From an uncultured Verrucomicrobiae bacterium (GTDB lineage: Bacteria > Verrucomicrobiota > Verrucomicrobiia > Chthoniobacterales > Chthoniobacteraceae), in NCBI GenBank assembly GCA_963769025.1, contig CAVYKI010000009.1, positions 32,001 to 96,000 of the forward strand: a stretch of DNA of 64,000 nucleotides. The letters are read 5' to 3'. Position 1 is the stretch's first letter; every line of letters starts with the position of its first letter. Below the pieces are notes generated by a model that was not told where the DNA came from, made no database searches, and was given only the letters and a program-made list of their open reading frames with translations. Below are positions 30,698 through 40,761 of the stretch, one piece after another. The translations under genes were made by a program, and so were the position numbers.

Positions 30698-30703
30698 GCG
30701 CGG

Positions 30704-30732
30704 ACGGTATGTGCGGCGCGCGTGAGCGGCAA
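30704..30732 (-). promoter_or_regulatory. Putative sigma70 leaderless promoter of trpB
   Basis: Minus strand TTGCCG-17nt-TACCGT, then 6 nt to ATG. Confidence 0.55.
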
Positions 30733-30739
30733 CCACGCA

Positions 30740-30837
30740 GTAGCCGCCGACGGAAGGAGGCGGGCATTATTCAATGCGGAATGCAGAGCGTGGAACGCGG
30801 AAAGAAAATCAGCCCGCCTCCTGCCGTCGGCGGCTAC
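30740..30837. repeat. GTAG-family REP doublet (REPIN-like), 26-bp inverted arms with one mismatch
   Basis: GTAGCCGCCGACGGAAGGAGGCGGGC (30740-30765) / GCCCGCCTCCTGCCGTCGGCGGCTAC (30812-30837); spacer has AATGCGG-like heptamers. Confidence 0.85.
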
Positions 30838-31879
30838 GAAGTTGATCGATCGCCCGGCGGTGGGGTGCGGTGAGCGGAACTTCGGCGAGTGAGGCGAGGG
30901 GATGCCAGGCGTGATTTTCGCCGAGCGGCGAAGGTGCGGGCTGGGTAAAAACGCTGAGCGTCACGCGGTGGTGGGTGAATGGGTAGTCGAGCGAGAGCAG
31001 CGGCTCCGTTTCCGGTGCGGCGGGGAGCGAAGGGAGCTTCCACAGGCCGCGCCAACGCTTGCCGGTCTGCTGTTCGAGAAGGATGCGTCCGCGGCTCACC
31101 GTCCATGCGCAGGGCTCGGAGAGTGCGATCTGTTTGCGGCGCGGTTTCTTGCGCGGGAGTTCTGCGGCGGTGCCATTGGCGAACGCGGCGCAGTGGCTGC
31201 GGATGGGGCAGAGAAGGCATTGCGGCGCGCGCGGAGTGCAGACGAGCGCGCCGAGTTCCATGAGCGAGCCGTTGAAAGTGCGTGCGCCCTTTTCCGGCAC
31301 GAGCGAGATCGCGGCGGACCACAGTGCGGACTGGCCGGCCGTGGATTCGATGGGCGTGTGCAAGTCGAGCAGGCGCGCAAGGACGCGGGCGATGTTCGCA
31401 TCGACGAGCGGCTCCGGTAGATCGAATGCGAAGCTCGCGACTGCGCCGGCGGTGTAGCGTCCGATGCCCGGCAGCGCACGGATGAGCATCGGGTCGGGGG
31501 GCATTTCGCCGCCGTGCATTTTCACGACGGTCTTTGCGGCGCGGTGGAGGTTCCGGGCGCGCGAGTAGTAGCCGAGGCCCTGCCACACGGAGAGCACTTC
31601 GCTTTCCTCTGCATCGGCGAGCGATGCGAAGTCCGGGAAACGCGCGAGCCAGCGTCCGTAGAATGGAATCACGGTCGCGACCTGCGTCTGCTGGAGCATG
31701 ATTTCGGAGACGAGGATCGCGTAGGGATCGCGTGTCCGTCGCCACGGGAGGTCGCGAGCGGCTCTGCGGAACCACGCGACGAGGGATTTTCGCAGCAGTG
31801 CTGCGGGCATTGCGGAAGATGCGGCGTCGCGGGTGCGGGCAATGGGCTTGGCTGCGGATTGGCGGCTGGACTTCGGCAT
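30809..31879 (-). CDS. mutY: A/G-specific adenine glycosylase
   Basis: LPWR, VSEIMLQQTQV, WQGLGYYSRARN, LPGIGRYTA, FeS motif CTPRAPQCLLCPIRSHC. Confidence 0.93.
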   Translation of the reverse strand: MPKSSRQSAAKPIARTRDAASSAMPAALLRKSLVAWFRRAARDLPWRRTRDPYAILVSEIMLQQTQVATVIPFYGRWLARFPDFASLADAEESEVLSVWQGLGYYSRARNLHRAAKTVVKMHGGEMPPDPMLIRALPGIGRYTAGAVASFAFDLPEPLVDANIARVLARLLDLHTPIESTAGQSALWSAAISLVPEKGARTFNGSLMELGALVCTPRAPQCLLCPIRSHCAAFANGTAAELPRKKPRRKQIALSEPCAWTVSRGRILLEQQTGKRWRGLWKLPSLPAAPETEPLLSLDYPFTHHRVTLSVFTQPAPSPLGENHAWHPLASLAEVPLTAPHRRAIDQLRSRRRQEAG

Positions 31880-31932
31880 GGTTGTCGCTACTCGGGAGCC
31901 TCGTTTTTCAGAACCGGACCACAAGCGCAACC

Positions 31933-32547
31933 ATGCTTCCCGCACTCAGTTCCTATCTCATCCGCGAACACGTCGGCGCATTCAGGCTGACGGGCACGTA
32001 CGACATCTTTGACCCCGTTTCCGGAGCGCAGATCGCCGTGGCCAAGGAGAAGAAGGGGCTGCTGAACTCGCTTGTGGGCATGTTTGTCAATAAGCGCAAT
32101 CTGCCGACCCGGATCGATGTGCATGAAGGTGCGGATGAAAGCGGGCCGATCGCGTTCTCGATCACGCGCGGGTTTTCATTTCTGCGGCCGACCGTGAAAG
32201 TGCTCGCCGGGGACGGGAGTTTGATCGGCACATTCAAGTCGCGGCTGCTGACGCTCGGCGGGAAGTTCGGCGTGTATGATGCCACGGGCCATGAAGTGGC
32301 GATGGTGAAGGGCAACTGGGTGGGCTGGGATTTCCGATTTGTTGTGTCGAACGGGACCGAACTCGGCGTCGTGTCGCGCGAGTGGGGCGGTGTGGCGAAG
32401 GAGCTGTTCACTTCTGCGGACAACTACGTCGTCGCGGTGCATCATCCCGATCCTGCGGCGGCGGCGCTGCTGCTTGCGGCGGGACTGGCGATTGACACGA
32501 TTTACAAGGAAGACAGTGGCGGGGGCGGGTTGAGCATCGGGGAGTAG
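31933..32547 (+). CDS. LURP-one/phospholipid scramblase-like protein
   Basis: YDIFDP, FSITRGFSFLRP, VKGNWVGWDF, KELFTSADNY, LAIDT. Confidence 0.8.
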   Translation: MLPALSSYLIREHVGAFRLTGTYDIFDPVSGAQIAVAKEKKGLLNSLVGMFVNKRNLPTRIDVHEGADESGPIAFSITRGFSFLRPTVKVLAGDGSLIGTFKSRLLTLGGKFGVYDATGHEVAMVKGNWVGWDFRFVVSNGTELGVVSREWGGVAKELFTSADNYVVAVHHPDPAAAALLLAAGLAIDTIYKEDSGGGGLSIGE

Positions 32548-32600
32548 CCGCTTTTCGGTTTCCACGACGGCGGACGCTCGCGCAGAGTGCGCGCACTTTC

Positions 32601-33605
32601 ATGCCGAAGAAAAAGACCGACGAGCCCGAGGGACCGAAGCCGATCACGCTGCACACGTGCGCGCTCACATCCGCGAAGGCTGTGAAGCTGCGGGCGCTGC
32701 TCGCGGAGCGCGGGTGGAAGTTCGAGGAGCGGCCCTACACGATCTACTTTGCGCAGAAGGATCGCCTGACGGTGGCGGTGTACGAAAAGGGGCCGAAATG
32801 TGTGGTGCAGGGGCGGGGGACGCAGGAGTTCGTGCAGTTCACGCTGGAGCCGGAGATTCTCGGCGAGGCGAAGCTGGGCTACGAGGAGGTGCATAATCCC
32901 GAGATGTTCACGCCGCACTTTGGCGTGGATGAGAGCGGGAAGGGCGACTTCTTCGGTCCGCTCGTGATCGCGGGCGCATACACGGATGAGACGAACACGC
33001 GCGTGCTGATGGAGGCGGGCATCACGGACAGCAAGCGGATCGGCAGCGACGTGAAGATTCGCGAACTGGCGAAGATCATTCGGGGGACGGAGGGCGTCTT
33101 CGTGTCGAGCATCACGCTCGCGCCGGAAAAGTACAACACGCTCTACAAGAAATTCGGCAACCTGAACCGGATGCTCGGCTGGGGTCACGCGAAGGTGATC
33201 GAGAACCTGCTCGACCTGCGGCCCGACTGCCCGCGTGCGCTGAGCGACAAGTTCGCTGACGCTTCGCTGATCAAGCGGGCCTTTTCCGAGAAGGGAAAAC
33301 ACATCCAGCTCGATGCGCGCACGAAGGCGGAGAGCGATGTGGCCGTGGCTGCGGCGTCCATCATCGCGCGGGAGCGGTTCATCAATTGGATGGGCGAGAC
33401 GAGCCGCGATCTCGGCGTGACTCTGCCGCGTGGATCGTCGGACCCGAAGGTGAAGATCATCGGCCGTGAACTGTGCGCGAAGCACGGGCCGGACGTGCTG
33501 CTGCGCGTCGCGAAAGTCCATTTCAAGACGGCGAACCAGATCGCGCCGGAGAGCTACGAGTACGTCGAAAAGCCGTTTTTCCGCCGAGCGAAAAAGGGCG
33601 CGTGA
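32601..33605 (+). CDS. rnhC: Ribonuclease HIII
   Basis: N-terminal TBP-like domain (VAVYEKGPKCVVQG); GVDESGKGDFFGPL, DSK, KAE..VAVAAASIIAR, KVHFKT. Confidence 0.92.
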   Translation: MPKKKTDEPEGPKPITLHTCALTSAKAVKLRALLAERGWKFEERPYTIYFAQKDRLTVAVYEKGPKCVVQGRGTQEFVQFTLEPEILGEAKLGYEEVHNPEMFTPHFGVDESGKGDFFGPLVIAGAYTDETNTRVLMEAGITDSKRIGSDVKIRELAKIIRGTEGVFVSSITLAPEKYNTLYKKFGNLNRMLGWGHAKVIENLLDLRPDCPRALSDKFADASLIKRAFSEKGKHIQLDARTKAESDVAVAAASIIARERFINWMGETSRDLGVTLPRGSSDPKVKIIGRELCAKHGPDVLLRVAKVHFKTANQIAPESYEYVEKPFFRRAKKGA

Positions 33606-33709
33606 CCGGCGGAACTGGGGGATGATTTTACGGTGAGGCGGACTGGCAGAGGCATCCGCGTAGCGCACGTTGCTTGCGTTTGAACATGCGTCGGCTATTT
33701 CGTGCGGCT

Positions 33710-34555
33710 ATGAAACTTCCCGGAATCCTGTGCGTTCTCCTGCTGCTCGCCTGCGCGCGTGCAGATGACGGCAAGCTGCGTGTTTCCTCGTTCTCGACGG
33801 TTCTCACCGAGATCGCCGTGCAGGTGGGCGGCACGAAAGTGGCGGTAACCGGTCACGTAAAGGCGGGCGTGGACCCGCATGATTTCGAGCCGAGGCCGGC
33901 GGACCTGAAGCTCGTCGCGGCGGCGGACCTGATCCTCGTGTCGGCGCGGCATCTCGAAGGCTACGTGGGCAAATTGCGGGAAGCCGCGGGCGGGAAGGCG
34001 GTGCTGCTGGAGGTTGGCAACCAGCTCCCCGGTGCTTCCGGAGATCCGCACTGGTGGCACAGCATCGGGAATCTCAGCCGCGCGACGAAGATCGTTCGCG
34101 ATGAACTGATCCGACAGAGGCCGGATGCGCGCGCGGAGTTTTCCGCGAATGCGGAGAAGTATCTGGCGCAGCTTGATGCCTTGCAGAAGTGGGTGAAGGC
34201 GAAGGTGGCGGAGTTGCCGCGCGACCGGCGCAAGCTGGTGACGAACCACGACTCGTTCGGATATTTTGCGAAGGAATTCGGTTTCGCCGTCTATCCCATC
34301 GCTGGGATCTCATCGAGGGATCAGCCGGCATCGAAGAAGGTCGCGGCGATCATCGCCACGATTCGCGAGCAGGGAGTGAAGGCGATCTTTTCCGAAGCCA
34401 GCGAGAACCCGAAGGTGATTGCGCAGATCACCAGGGAGACCGGCGCGAGGCTCGGCGGGAAGCTTCTCGCCGACGGCCCGGGCGCCGGGCCGATGGCGAC
34501 CACCGAGGCCATGTTCCGGCACAACGTCACGACCATCGTGGATGCACTGAAATAA
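33710..34555 (+). CDS. Zn/Mn ABC transporter substrate-binding protein (TroA-like)
   Basis: DPHDFEP, DPHWW, NHDSFGYF, LLADG. Confidence 0.92.
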   Translation: MKLPGILCVLLLLACARADDGKLRVSSFSTVLTEIAVQVGGTKVAVTGHVKAGVDPHDFEPRPADLKLVAAADLILVSARHLEGYVGKLREAAGGKAVLLEVGNQLPGASGDPHWWHSIGNLSRATKIVRDELIRQRPDARAEFSANAEKYLAQLDALQKWVKAKVAELPRDRRKLVTNHDSFGYFAKEFGFAVYPIAGISSRDQPASKKVAAIIATIREQGVKAIFSEASENPKVIAQITRETGARLGGKLLADGPGAGPMATTEAMFRHNVTTIVDALK

Positions 34556-34971
34556 TGCGCGGCTCTCCCATACTGCGTGCGGCCCTCGTGTTCGTCGCGT
34601 TGCTGGCGCTCGCGCCGTTGCTGTGGCGGCTCACGCGGGTGGAAGCGCGCACGACGCAGCCCGCGCCCCGGCAGCCTGTGCAGGGCGCGAAGGTGGAAGC
34701 GCGCCTTACATTTTCCACGTCTGCGAAGCGCGCGGTGATCCAACATCTCGGGCGCGAAGTATGGAACAAGGCGGCACCGGGGACCGAGGAGAGTTTCACA
34801 TGCGAGATTCCGTGGCCGCCCGACGGCGTGGAAATGCATGTGCTGATCGAATGGCCCGAGGGCACGCGCGCCGCCGCGATGCGCATGCGCGTCACGGCGC
34901 CCGACGGTACGGAGCACGACCGCAGCGTGTGGGGCGACGCGACGGCGGATGATGTTGTCACCTTCAAATGA
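34555..34971 (+). CDS. Membrane-anchored hypothetical protein inside metal ABC operon
   Basis: TAATG overlap upstream and ATGA overlap downstream; N-terminal TM then beta-rich domain. Confidence 0.7.
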   Translation: MRGSPILRAALVFVALLALAPLLWRLTRVEARTTQPAPRQPVQGAKVEARLTFSTSAKRAVIQHLGREVWNKAAPGTEESFTCEIPWPPDGVEMHVLIEWPEGTRAAAMRMRVTAPDGTEHDRSVWGDATADDVVTFK

Positions 34972-35718
34972 AGCACGATCACGCCCTCAAGATCGCGGAC
35001 CTCACGGTCAGTTACCGGCGGATTCCGGCGCTTCATCACATCGCGTTCGAGGTGCATTGCGGGCAGTGCGTGGGGCTCATCGGGCCGAACGGCGCGGGAA
35101 AGACGACGCTGCTCAAGACGCTTGCGGGGCTTGTGGGCCGGGAGACGGGCACGATCCATTTTCACGGGCGCGAGGTCACGGCCGCGACGCCGGACATCGC
35201 GTACCTGCCGCAGCGCGGGCAGATCGACTGGGACTTTCCGACGACGGTGCGCGGGCTGGTGGAAATGGGACGCTATCTGCGCCTCGGCTGGTGGCGGAGA
35301 TACGGCGCAGCGGATGCTGCGGCGGTGGATGCTGCGGTTTCTGCGATGAGCCTCGAACCGCTTCAGGATCGGCAAATCAGCGCGCTGAGCGGCGGGCAGC
35401 AGCAGCGCGCTTTCCTTGCACGCGCCCTCGCGCAGGAGGCGCACGTATTCCTCCTCGATGAGCCTTTCGCCGGACTCGACAAACCGAACCAGGACAACCT
35501 GCGTGCCACGTTCCGCGGACCTCAGGAAGCAGGGAAAGCTCCTGCTCGTCTCGCATCACGATCTCGCGACAGTGCCGGTGATTTTCGACCAAGTCGTGCT
35601 GCTCAACGGCGAACTCATCGCCGCCGGGCCCGTGGCGGAGGCGTTCACCGAGGCAAACATCCAGAAGGCTTACTCGACGCACGTCTTCGCGGCGGTCGAT
35701 CACGGGCACGCGGTATGA
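34968..35718 (+). CDS. Metal ABC transporter ATP-binding protein (frameshift near 35520)
   Basis: GPNGAGKTT, YLPQ, LSGGQQQR, LLDEPF, VSHHDL. Confidence 0.92.
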
Positions 35719-35725
35719 AACGGCC

Positions 35726-36631
35726 ATGAATTTCTTCAACGACCTCTGGAGCCACGAGTTCATGCGCCGCGCTCTCGTGGGCGGCGCGCTCATCGGATTC
35801 ACGAACGGGTTTCTCGGTTCGTTCATCATCCTGCGCCGGATGTCGCTCATGGCGGATGCGCTCAGCCATTCGATGCTTCCGGGCCTCGCGATCGGGCTCG
35901 TGCTTTTCGGCCTCCATCCCGGCGGACTTTTCCTCGGCGGGATCGTCGCGGCATTCCTCGTCGCCATGGGGGCGATGCTGCTGGCCCGTGCATCTCGGCT
36001 GAAGGAGGACGCGTCGCTCGCGATCCTCTACACCGTGGCGTTCAGCGTCGGCGTGGTGTTGCTGCAATTCGTCCCGACGAGCGTGGATCTGAAGCATTAC
36101 CTCTTCGGCAACATTCTCGGCCTCGGCGATACGGACCTGTGGATCGCGTATGCGGTGACCCTGGCAGTCGTGCCCGGGCTGGTGCTGCTGCTGCGGCCGC
36201 TCGTGCTGACGCTCTTCGATCCGACAGTCGCCCGCAGCCAAGGCGTGAAAGTGGATGCGCTGCATGTCGTCCTGATCGCGGCGAGCGTGCTGACGATGAT
36301 CAGCAGCGCGCAGTCAATCGGCGTCGTGCTCATGCTCGGACTGCTCGTGACGCCCGCGGCCACGCTCTACCTTCTCACGGATAAGTTCAGCACGATGCTG
36401 TGGGGCGGCGCGTTCCTCGGTTCGGCGGGGTCGGTCCTCGGGTTGTTGATTTCGTATCGCTTTGATCGCGTGCCGAGCGGAGCGGCCATCGTGCTGGTGC
36501 TTGGTGTGTGTTTCCTCATCGCGTGGGCATTCGGCCCGCGTTACGGCCTTCTCGCGCGACTGCGGAAGCGCAGGCACTTCCACGAGGAATCACTCTCCCG
36601 CTGGGACCACGAGCATCACAACCATCAGTAA
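35726..36631 (+). CDS. Metal ABC transporter permease
   Basis: LRRMSLMADALSHSMLPG, YLFGNIL, FDP, PSGAAIV; His-rich C-terminal tail. Confidence 0.93.
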   Translation: MNFFNDLWSHEFMRRALVGGALIGFTNGFLGSFIILRRMSLMADALSHSMLPGLAIGLVLFGLHPGGLFLGGIVAAFLVAMGAMLLARASRLKEDASLAILYTVAFSVGVVLLQFVPTSVDLKHYLFGNILGLGDTDLWIAYAVTLAVVPGLVLLLRPLVLTLFDPTVARSQGVKVDALHVVLIAASVLTMISSAQSIGVVLMLGLLVTPAATLYLLTDKFSTMLWGGAFLGSAGSVLGLLISYRFDRVPSGAAIVLVLGVCFLIAWAFGPRYGLLARLRKRRHFHEESLSRWDHEHHNHQ

Positions 36632-36661
36632 CGTCTGCCGGCGTGTACGACGCAGTCAACC

Positions 36662-37921
36662 TCACGGTTCGCGCCAGTAACCGGGAAGCGTCCTTTTTGT
36701 TTCGAGGAGGATTTCGAGGATCGCCTTGCGGTCCTCAGGTGTGAGCCGCGCGAATTGTTCGTCGGTATTCTTGCCAGTCAGGATGTCGTGCAGCTTTTGC
36801 AGGATGACCTCCTTGATCGGTGGCGAGATCGCGTCGAACGACGGCGAGTAGATGAGGAAGCTGCATGGATATTTGAACATGCGCGTCTTGAGATCGAAAT
36901 CTCGGAAACTGCGGCCCTTCGAGTCGCGGACGGCCTTTGCGGTGAAGTCCCGGATGAATTCGGGATTGCCCTCGACTGCTTCGGTGAGCGTGGCCTCCTC
37001 GGTAAAGAGCAGGTAGCGGAGGAAGGCATCCACCTGCGAGCGGATGTAGCGGACGTGGCCGTAAGTTGCGAGCATCTGCCGGGCTTCGATGTTCAGCCGC
37101 GCGACGTAATTGTGCATGTGGACCTGATGCTCAAGCACCATGAGCGCGACGATGTCGCTGCCGGTGCCGTAGTATTTCGAGGTGTCGAAAAGCGGAGAGA
37201 GGTCGGTGATGTTACCCTTGAACAGCGGCTCCTTCCGGAACCGTTCGAGGTCCTTTTCGCCGATGAGATTGCCGCGGTGCGGCTGCGCGCCACTTTTGCC
37301 GGTGACGTAGTATCCGCCCCAGCGGTTGCTCAGCGGCGTGCAATGCGTGATGTCGCGGATTTCCTCGAGCGTGATCATCTCGCCCGTTGCATCCGTCACC
37401 ACGCTGCGCACGAAATGCCCAGGCACGCCGAGCGAACGCTGCCCGCCGTGGCAGGAGAGGCAGTCATTGCTGCGGACGAACTTTGGTTTCCGCACCTTCT
37501 CCTGATCGATGAAGTAGAACGTGCCGCCGAGCTTCGGGTCCACGGAGGAGATTTCCATCACCGGCGCACCAGGGATGTAGCCGACGTACACGTCGTCGCT
37601 GAAATAGAGAGCGCGCGGATTTTCCGGCGTGATGTATCGGCGCTGGAGCGAGGTCTTCGACATCACCAGCGACTGGGAGGACTTCTTCGCGCCGAAAGCA
37701 TCGAGGATCGCCGGCAGGTAGCCAAATTTGTCGTCCCAATCCAGTTTCAGCTCACCGCTCGTGATCTTCTGCTGAATCGCTGCGACCGGATCGTTTGGCT
37801 GGGAGGTCGAGTAATTTGTCGGCTCGTGATCGTATTCGAGCGGATGGTCCGCGCCTTGGAAGTCTTCGGCGCGCACGGCGACGAGCAGGAGTGGGAGCAG
37901 GAAGGGGAGTGCGCGTTTCAT
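36662..37921 (-). CDS. Exported hypothetical protein with a single CxxCH (putative c-type heme)
   Basis: Signal peptide MKRALPFLLPLLLVAVRA; CLSCHG; RWGGYYVTG; SDIVALMVLEHQ. Confidence 0.75.
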   Translation of the reverse strand: MKRALPFLLPLLLVAVRAEDFQGADHPLEYDHEPTNYSTSQPNDPVAAIQQKITSGELKLDWDDKFGYLPAILDAFGAKKSSQSLVMSKTSLQRRYITPENPRALYFSDDVYVGYIPGAPVMEISSVDPKLGGTFYFIDQEKVRKPKFVRSNDCLSCHGGQRSLGVPGHFVRSVVTDATGEMITLEEIRDITHCTPLSNRWGGYYVTGKSGAQPHRGNLIGEKDLERFRKEPLFKGNITDLSPLFDTSKYYGTGSDIVALMVLEHQVHMHNYVARLNIEARQMLATYGHVRYIRSQVDAFLRYLLFTEEATLTEAVEGNPEFIRDFTAKAVRDSKGRSFRDFDLKTRMFKYPCSFLIYSPSFDAISPPIKEVILQKLHDILTGKNTDEQFARLTPEDRKAILEILLETKRTLPGYWREP

Positions 37922-37971
37922 GGTTGTGCAGTGTATGAACGTCGCTCGTCCGCTGCATGCGTTGATCTTGG

Positions 37972-39180
37972 TCAAGCCTCAGCCAAACTTGCTGCGGTCG
38001 CGAGTGCGTTGGCGAGGCGTTCGTAATCGTCGGGCGAGTTGTAGGCGTGTGCCGAAATGCGAAGCCAGCGTCGCGCGGGATTTCCCCAGCGGACCACGGG
38101 GACTTCGATGCGGTGCGTTTCGAGCAGCAGCGATTGGAGGGGATCGAAGCGCGAGATGACGGCGCGCGATTCGCCGGGCTCGCGACCCTGCAGCGCTCCG
38201 GGAAGGGGAAGCGTGGTCATCGAACCGAGCATCGTCGCGGGACAGGGACGTTCGACCGCGAGTCGCTCGCAGAGCGCGGAGCCAGCGCTGACTGTGAGTT
38301 GGTGATTGTGGGAAACGAGTTCCGTCCATCCGCCGGGAAACAGGCCTTCGCAGAATCGAAGGGCGGCGGGGACGGCGAGCCATGCCGTGACATCGAGCGT
38401 GCCCTGCCAGTCGAATTCATCGTGGAATCGCGAACGCCCCGGCCGTGGCGTGTTGTAGCCATGGCTGATCGTGGCGGGGTGCAGGGCGGCCTGCCGGTCC
38501 CGGCGCACATGGAGAAATCCGGCGCCCTTCGGGGCGCAGACCCATTTATGCAGGTTGCCGGTGTAGTAGGCGGGCCGGAGCGCACTGAGGCTGAGGGGCA
38601 GCATTCCGGGCGCATGCGCACCATCCACGAAGACATCGACGCCCCGCGTTTCCATTTCACGGATGATTTCCGCAACAGGCAGGACGAGCGCGGTCGGGCT
38701 GGTGACGTGATCGACGAGCACCAGCCGCGTGCGCGGCGTGACCGCCGCGAGGATGGCCTCCACCACCTCGTGCGGCCCGGTGATCGGAAATGGAATCCGG
38801 GCGGTGACGACCGTCGCGCCGGAGCGGCGCGCGCATTCGGCGAGGATGTTGTTGCAGGCGTTGTAGCCGTGGTCGGTCGAGATGAGTTCGTCGCCGGGCT
38901 GCAAGTCGAGCGAGCGCAGCACGGAGTTCACCGCGGTAGTCGCGTTTGTCACAAATGCGAGCTCTTCGGCGTCGGCGTTGAGGAAGCGGGCGAGTTCCGC
39001 GCGTGCCGCGTCGATCCGATCCCCGATTTCACGCCAGAGGAAGCGGACCGGATTGCGCTCCAGTTCTGTCCGTAGGCGTGACTGTTCATCGAGCACGACA
39101 CGCGGGCATGCGCCGAACGAGCCGTGATTGAGGAATGTGAGACCTTCCTCGAGCAGCCAATGGGAGCGGAGAGCATTCAT
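37972..39180 (-). CDS. PLP-dependent class V aminotransferase (isopenicillin N epimerase/EgtE-like)
   Basis: FLNHGSFGACP, DGAH, GNLHKWVCAPKG, LRISAHAYN. Confidence 0.9.
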   Translation of the reverse strand: MNALRSHWLLEEGLTFLNHGSFGACPRVVLDEQSRLRTELERNPVRFLWREIGDRIDAARAELARFLNADAEELAFVTNATTAVNSVLRSLDLQPGDELISTDHGYNACNNILAECARRSGATVVTARIPFPITGPHEVVEAILAAVTPRTRLVLVDHVTSPTALVLPVAEIIREMETRGVDVFVDGAHAPGMLPLSLSALRPAYYTGNLHKWVCAPKGAGFLHVRRDRQAALHPATISHGYNTPRPGRSRFHDEFDWQGTLDVTAWLAVPAALRFCEGLFPGGWTELVSHNHQLTVSAGSALCERLAVERPCPATMLGSMTTLPLPGALQGREPGESRAVISRFDPLQSLLLETHRIEVPVVRWGNPARRWLRISAHAYNSPDDYERLANALATAASLAEA

Positions 39181-39242
39181 CGGGAAACGAAAAGAGCGCG
39201 AGCGATTCGCCCGCGCCCTTTGCCTGAATTGGCCGGCGGCGC

Positions 39243-39890
39243 CTAGAGCTTCTTGATGGAGATGTTGCGGAACTCGACCGGGTCATTGTGACCGGCGAAA
39301 CCGAAGTGCCCGCTCTTACGGGTTGCGCCCGGGTGTTTGCTCTTCGCCATCACGGTTTCCATGTCCACTTTGCTCAGGTCGCAATCGAGGATGACGGTGC
39401 CGTTCAGGACCACCTTGATGGTCGAGCCCTTGACGGTGACCTCCTGGGAATTCCATTCGCCGATCGGTTTCTGGAAACCGCGTTTGGCGGCGACCATGCC
39501 GTAGGCGGAGCCGTGGACTTGGCGCGGGTCGAGTTTGCCCTTCACCTTTTCGTAGTTGTCGTCGAGCACCTGAAGCTCGCACATGCCTTCGTAGGCGGTG
39601 TTGCCCTTGCCGGGATAGCGGATGGCGAGGCCGTTGTTGCCGCCGGCCGGGACCTTGAATTCCAGTCGCACCACAAAGTCGCCAAATTCCTCCTTGGTGA
39701 AAATCGTGCCGCCCTTGCCGGACTTGCAGACGATGGCGCCGTCCTTGATTTCGTAGTTTTCCAGCGGGCCGTCCCAGCCGGTGAAGTCCTTGCCGTTAAA
39801 AATAGAGACAAAGCCGTCACTGTCGGCGGCGGTGAGGGAGGAAGTCAGCACAGTAGCCAGCGTGAGGAGAAGGTTGCGGATGATTTTCAT
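39243..39890 (-). CDS. DUF1080 (3-keto-disaccharide hydrolase) family protein
   Basis: IFNGKDFTGW, GGNNG, ELQVLD, GEWN, FRNISIK. Confidence 0.9.
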   Translation of the reverse strand: MKIIRNLLLTLATVLTSSLTAADSDGFVSIFNGKDFTGWDGPLENYEIKDGAIVCKSGKGGTIFTKEEFGDFVVRLEFKVPAGGNNGLAIRYPGKGNTAYEGMCELQVLDDNYEKVKGKLDPRQVHGSAYGMVAAKRGFQKPIGEWNSQEVTVKGSTIKVVLNGTVILDCDLSKVDMETVMAKSKHPGATRKSGHFGFAGHNDPVEFRNISIKKL

Positions 39891-39941
39891 GTCGAAAATG
39901 GGAGCGAGGTGAGTGGTGGAGTGGCAGCGACGTATCGCGGA

Positions 39942-40698
39942 CTAGGGAAGTTCCTTGATGAAGATGTTCTTCCAGCGGATCTCGCTGCCGTGCGTCTGGA
40001 GCTGGATCGGGCCGCGAGCGAGAATCGGACCGCGCTTTTCCTTGGGCAGCTTCTTGTCGAAATAGTTTTCGAGGACGGCGTCATCCACGACCTGCTTGTC
40101 GTTCAGCCAGATGCTCACGCGCTCGCCTTTCATCACGATGCGGAAGTGGTTCCATTCGCCGAGCGGCTTGTCCGCGAGCACGAGCGGGTCCTTGCCTGGC
40201 GAGCCCTTCTCGTTGTTCCAGAGTCCGCCGGAACCCTTCGGCTTGCCGAGTTCCACGGCCTTGGCGATCGGTTTCAGTGAAGTCCCAGATCTGCACCTGC
40301 GGCACGCCGCGGAGGTAGATGCCGCTGTCGCCCTTCGGCAGCATCTTGTAATCAACGAGCAGCTCGAAGTTGCCGTAGTTCTTCTCCGTGGTGAGGTAGA
40401 GGCCCTTGCCGTCGTTCACGAGTTCGCCGTTCTCGACCTTCCAGTGTGCGTTGATGTGGTCCGTCGAGGCCTTGCCTTTTGCGTCAGTGCCGCCTTCGAC
40501 GGACTGCTTTTTGTACGCGGCTGCCGCTTCCGGCGTCATCGCGAGCAGGTCCCGCGGGTCGCGTGTGCCCCAGCCGTACCAGCCGGAGATTTGCTTGCCA
40601 TCGAAGAGCGCGGTGAAGCCCGCTGGCGGCACATTGTCGGCGCCAATGGCGAATCCGGAGAGGGCGACGAGGAGGAGCGGGAGGGGTGTTTTTTTCAT
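39942..40698 (-). CDS. DUF1080 family protein (frameshift near 40270)
   Basis: LFDGKQISGW, GDSGIYLRG, GSGGLWNN, GEWN, LQTHG, WKNIFIKEL. Confidence 0.88.
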
Positions 40699-40761
40699 GA
40701 TGGGGTGTGGGAAAGGGGATGCCTTCCTTCAATTCCTGCGCAGCGGGAAAGCTAGGAGAAA

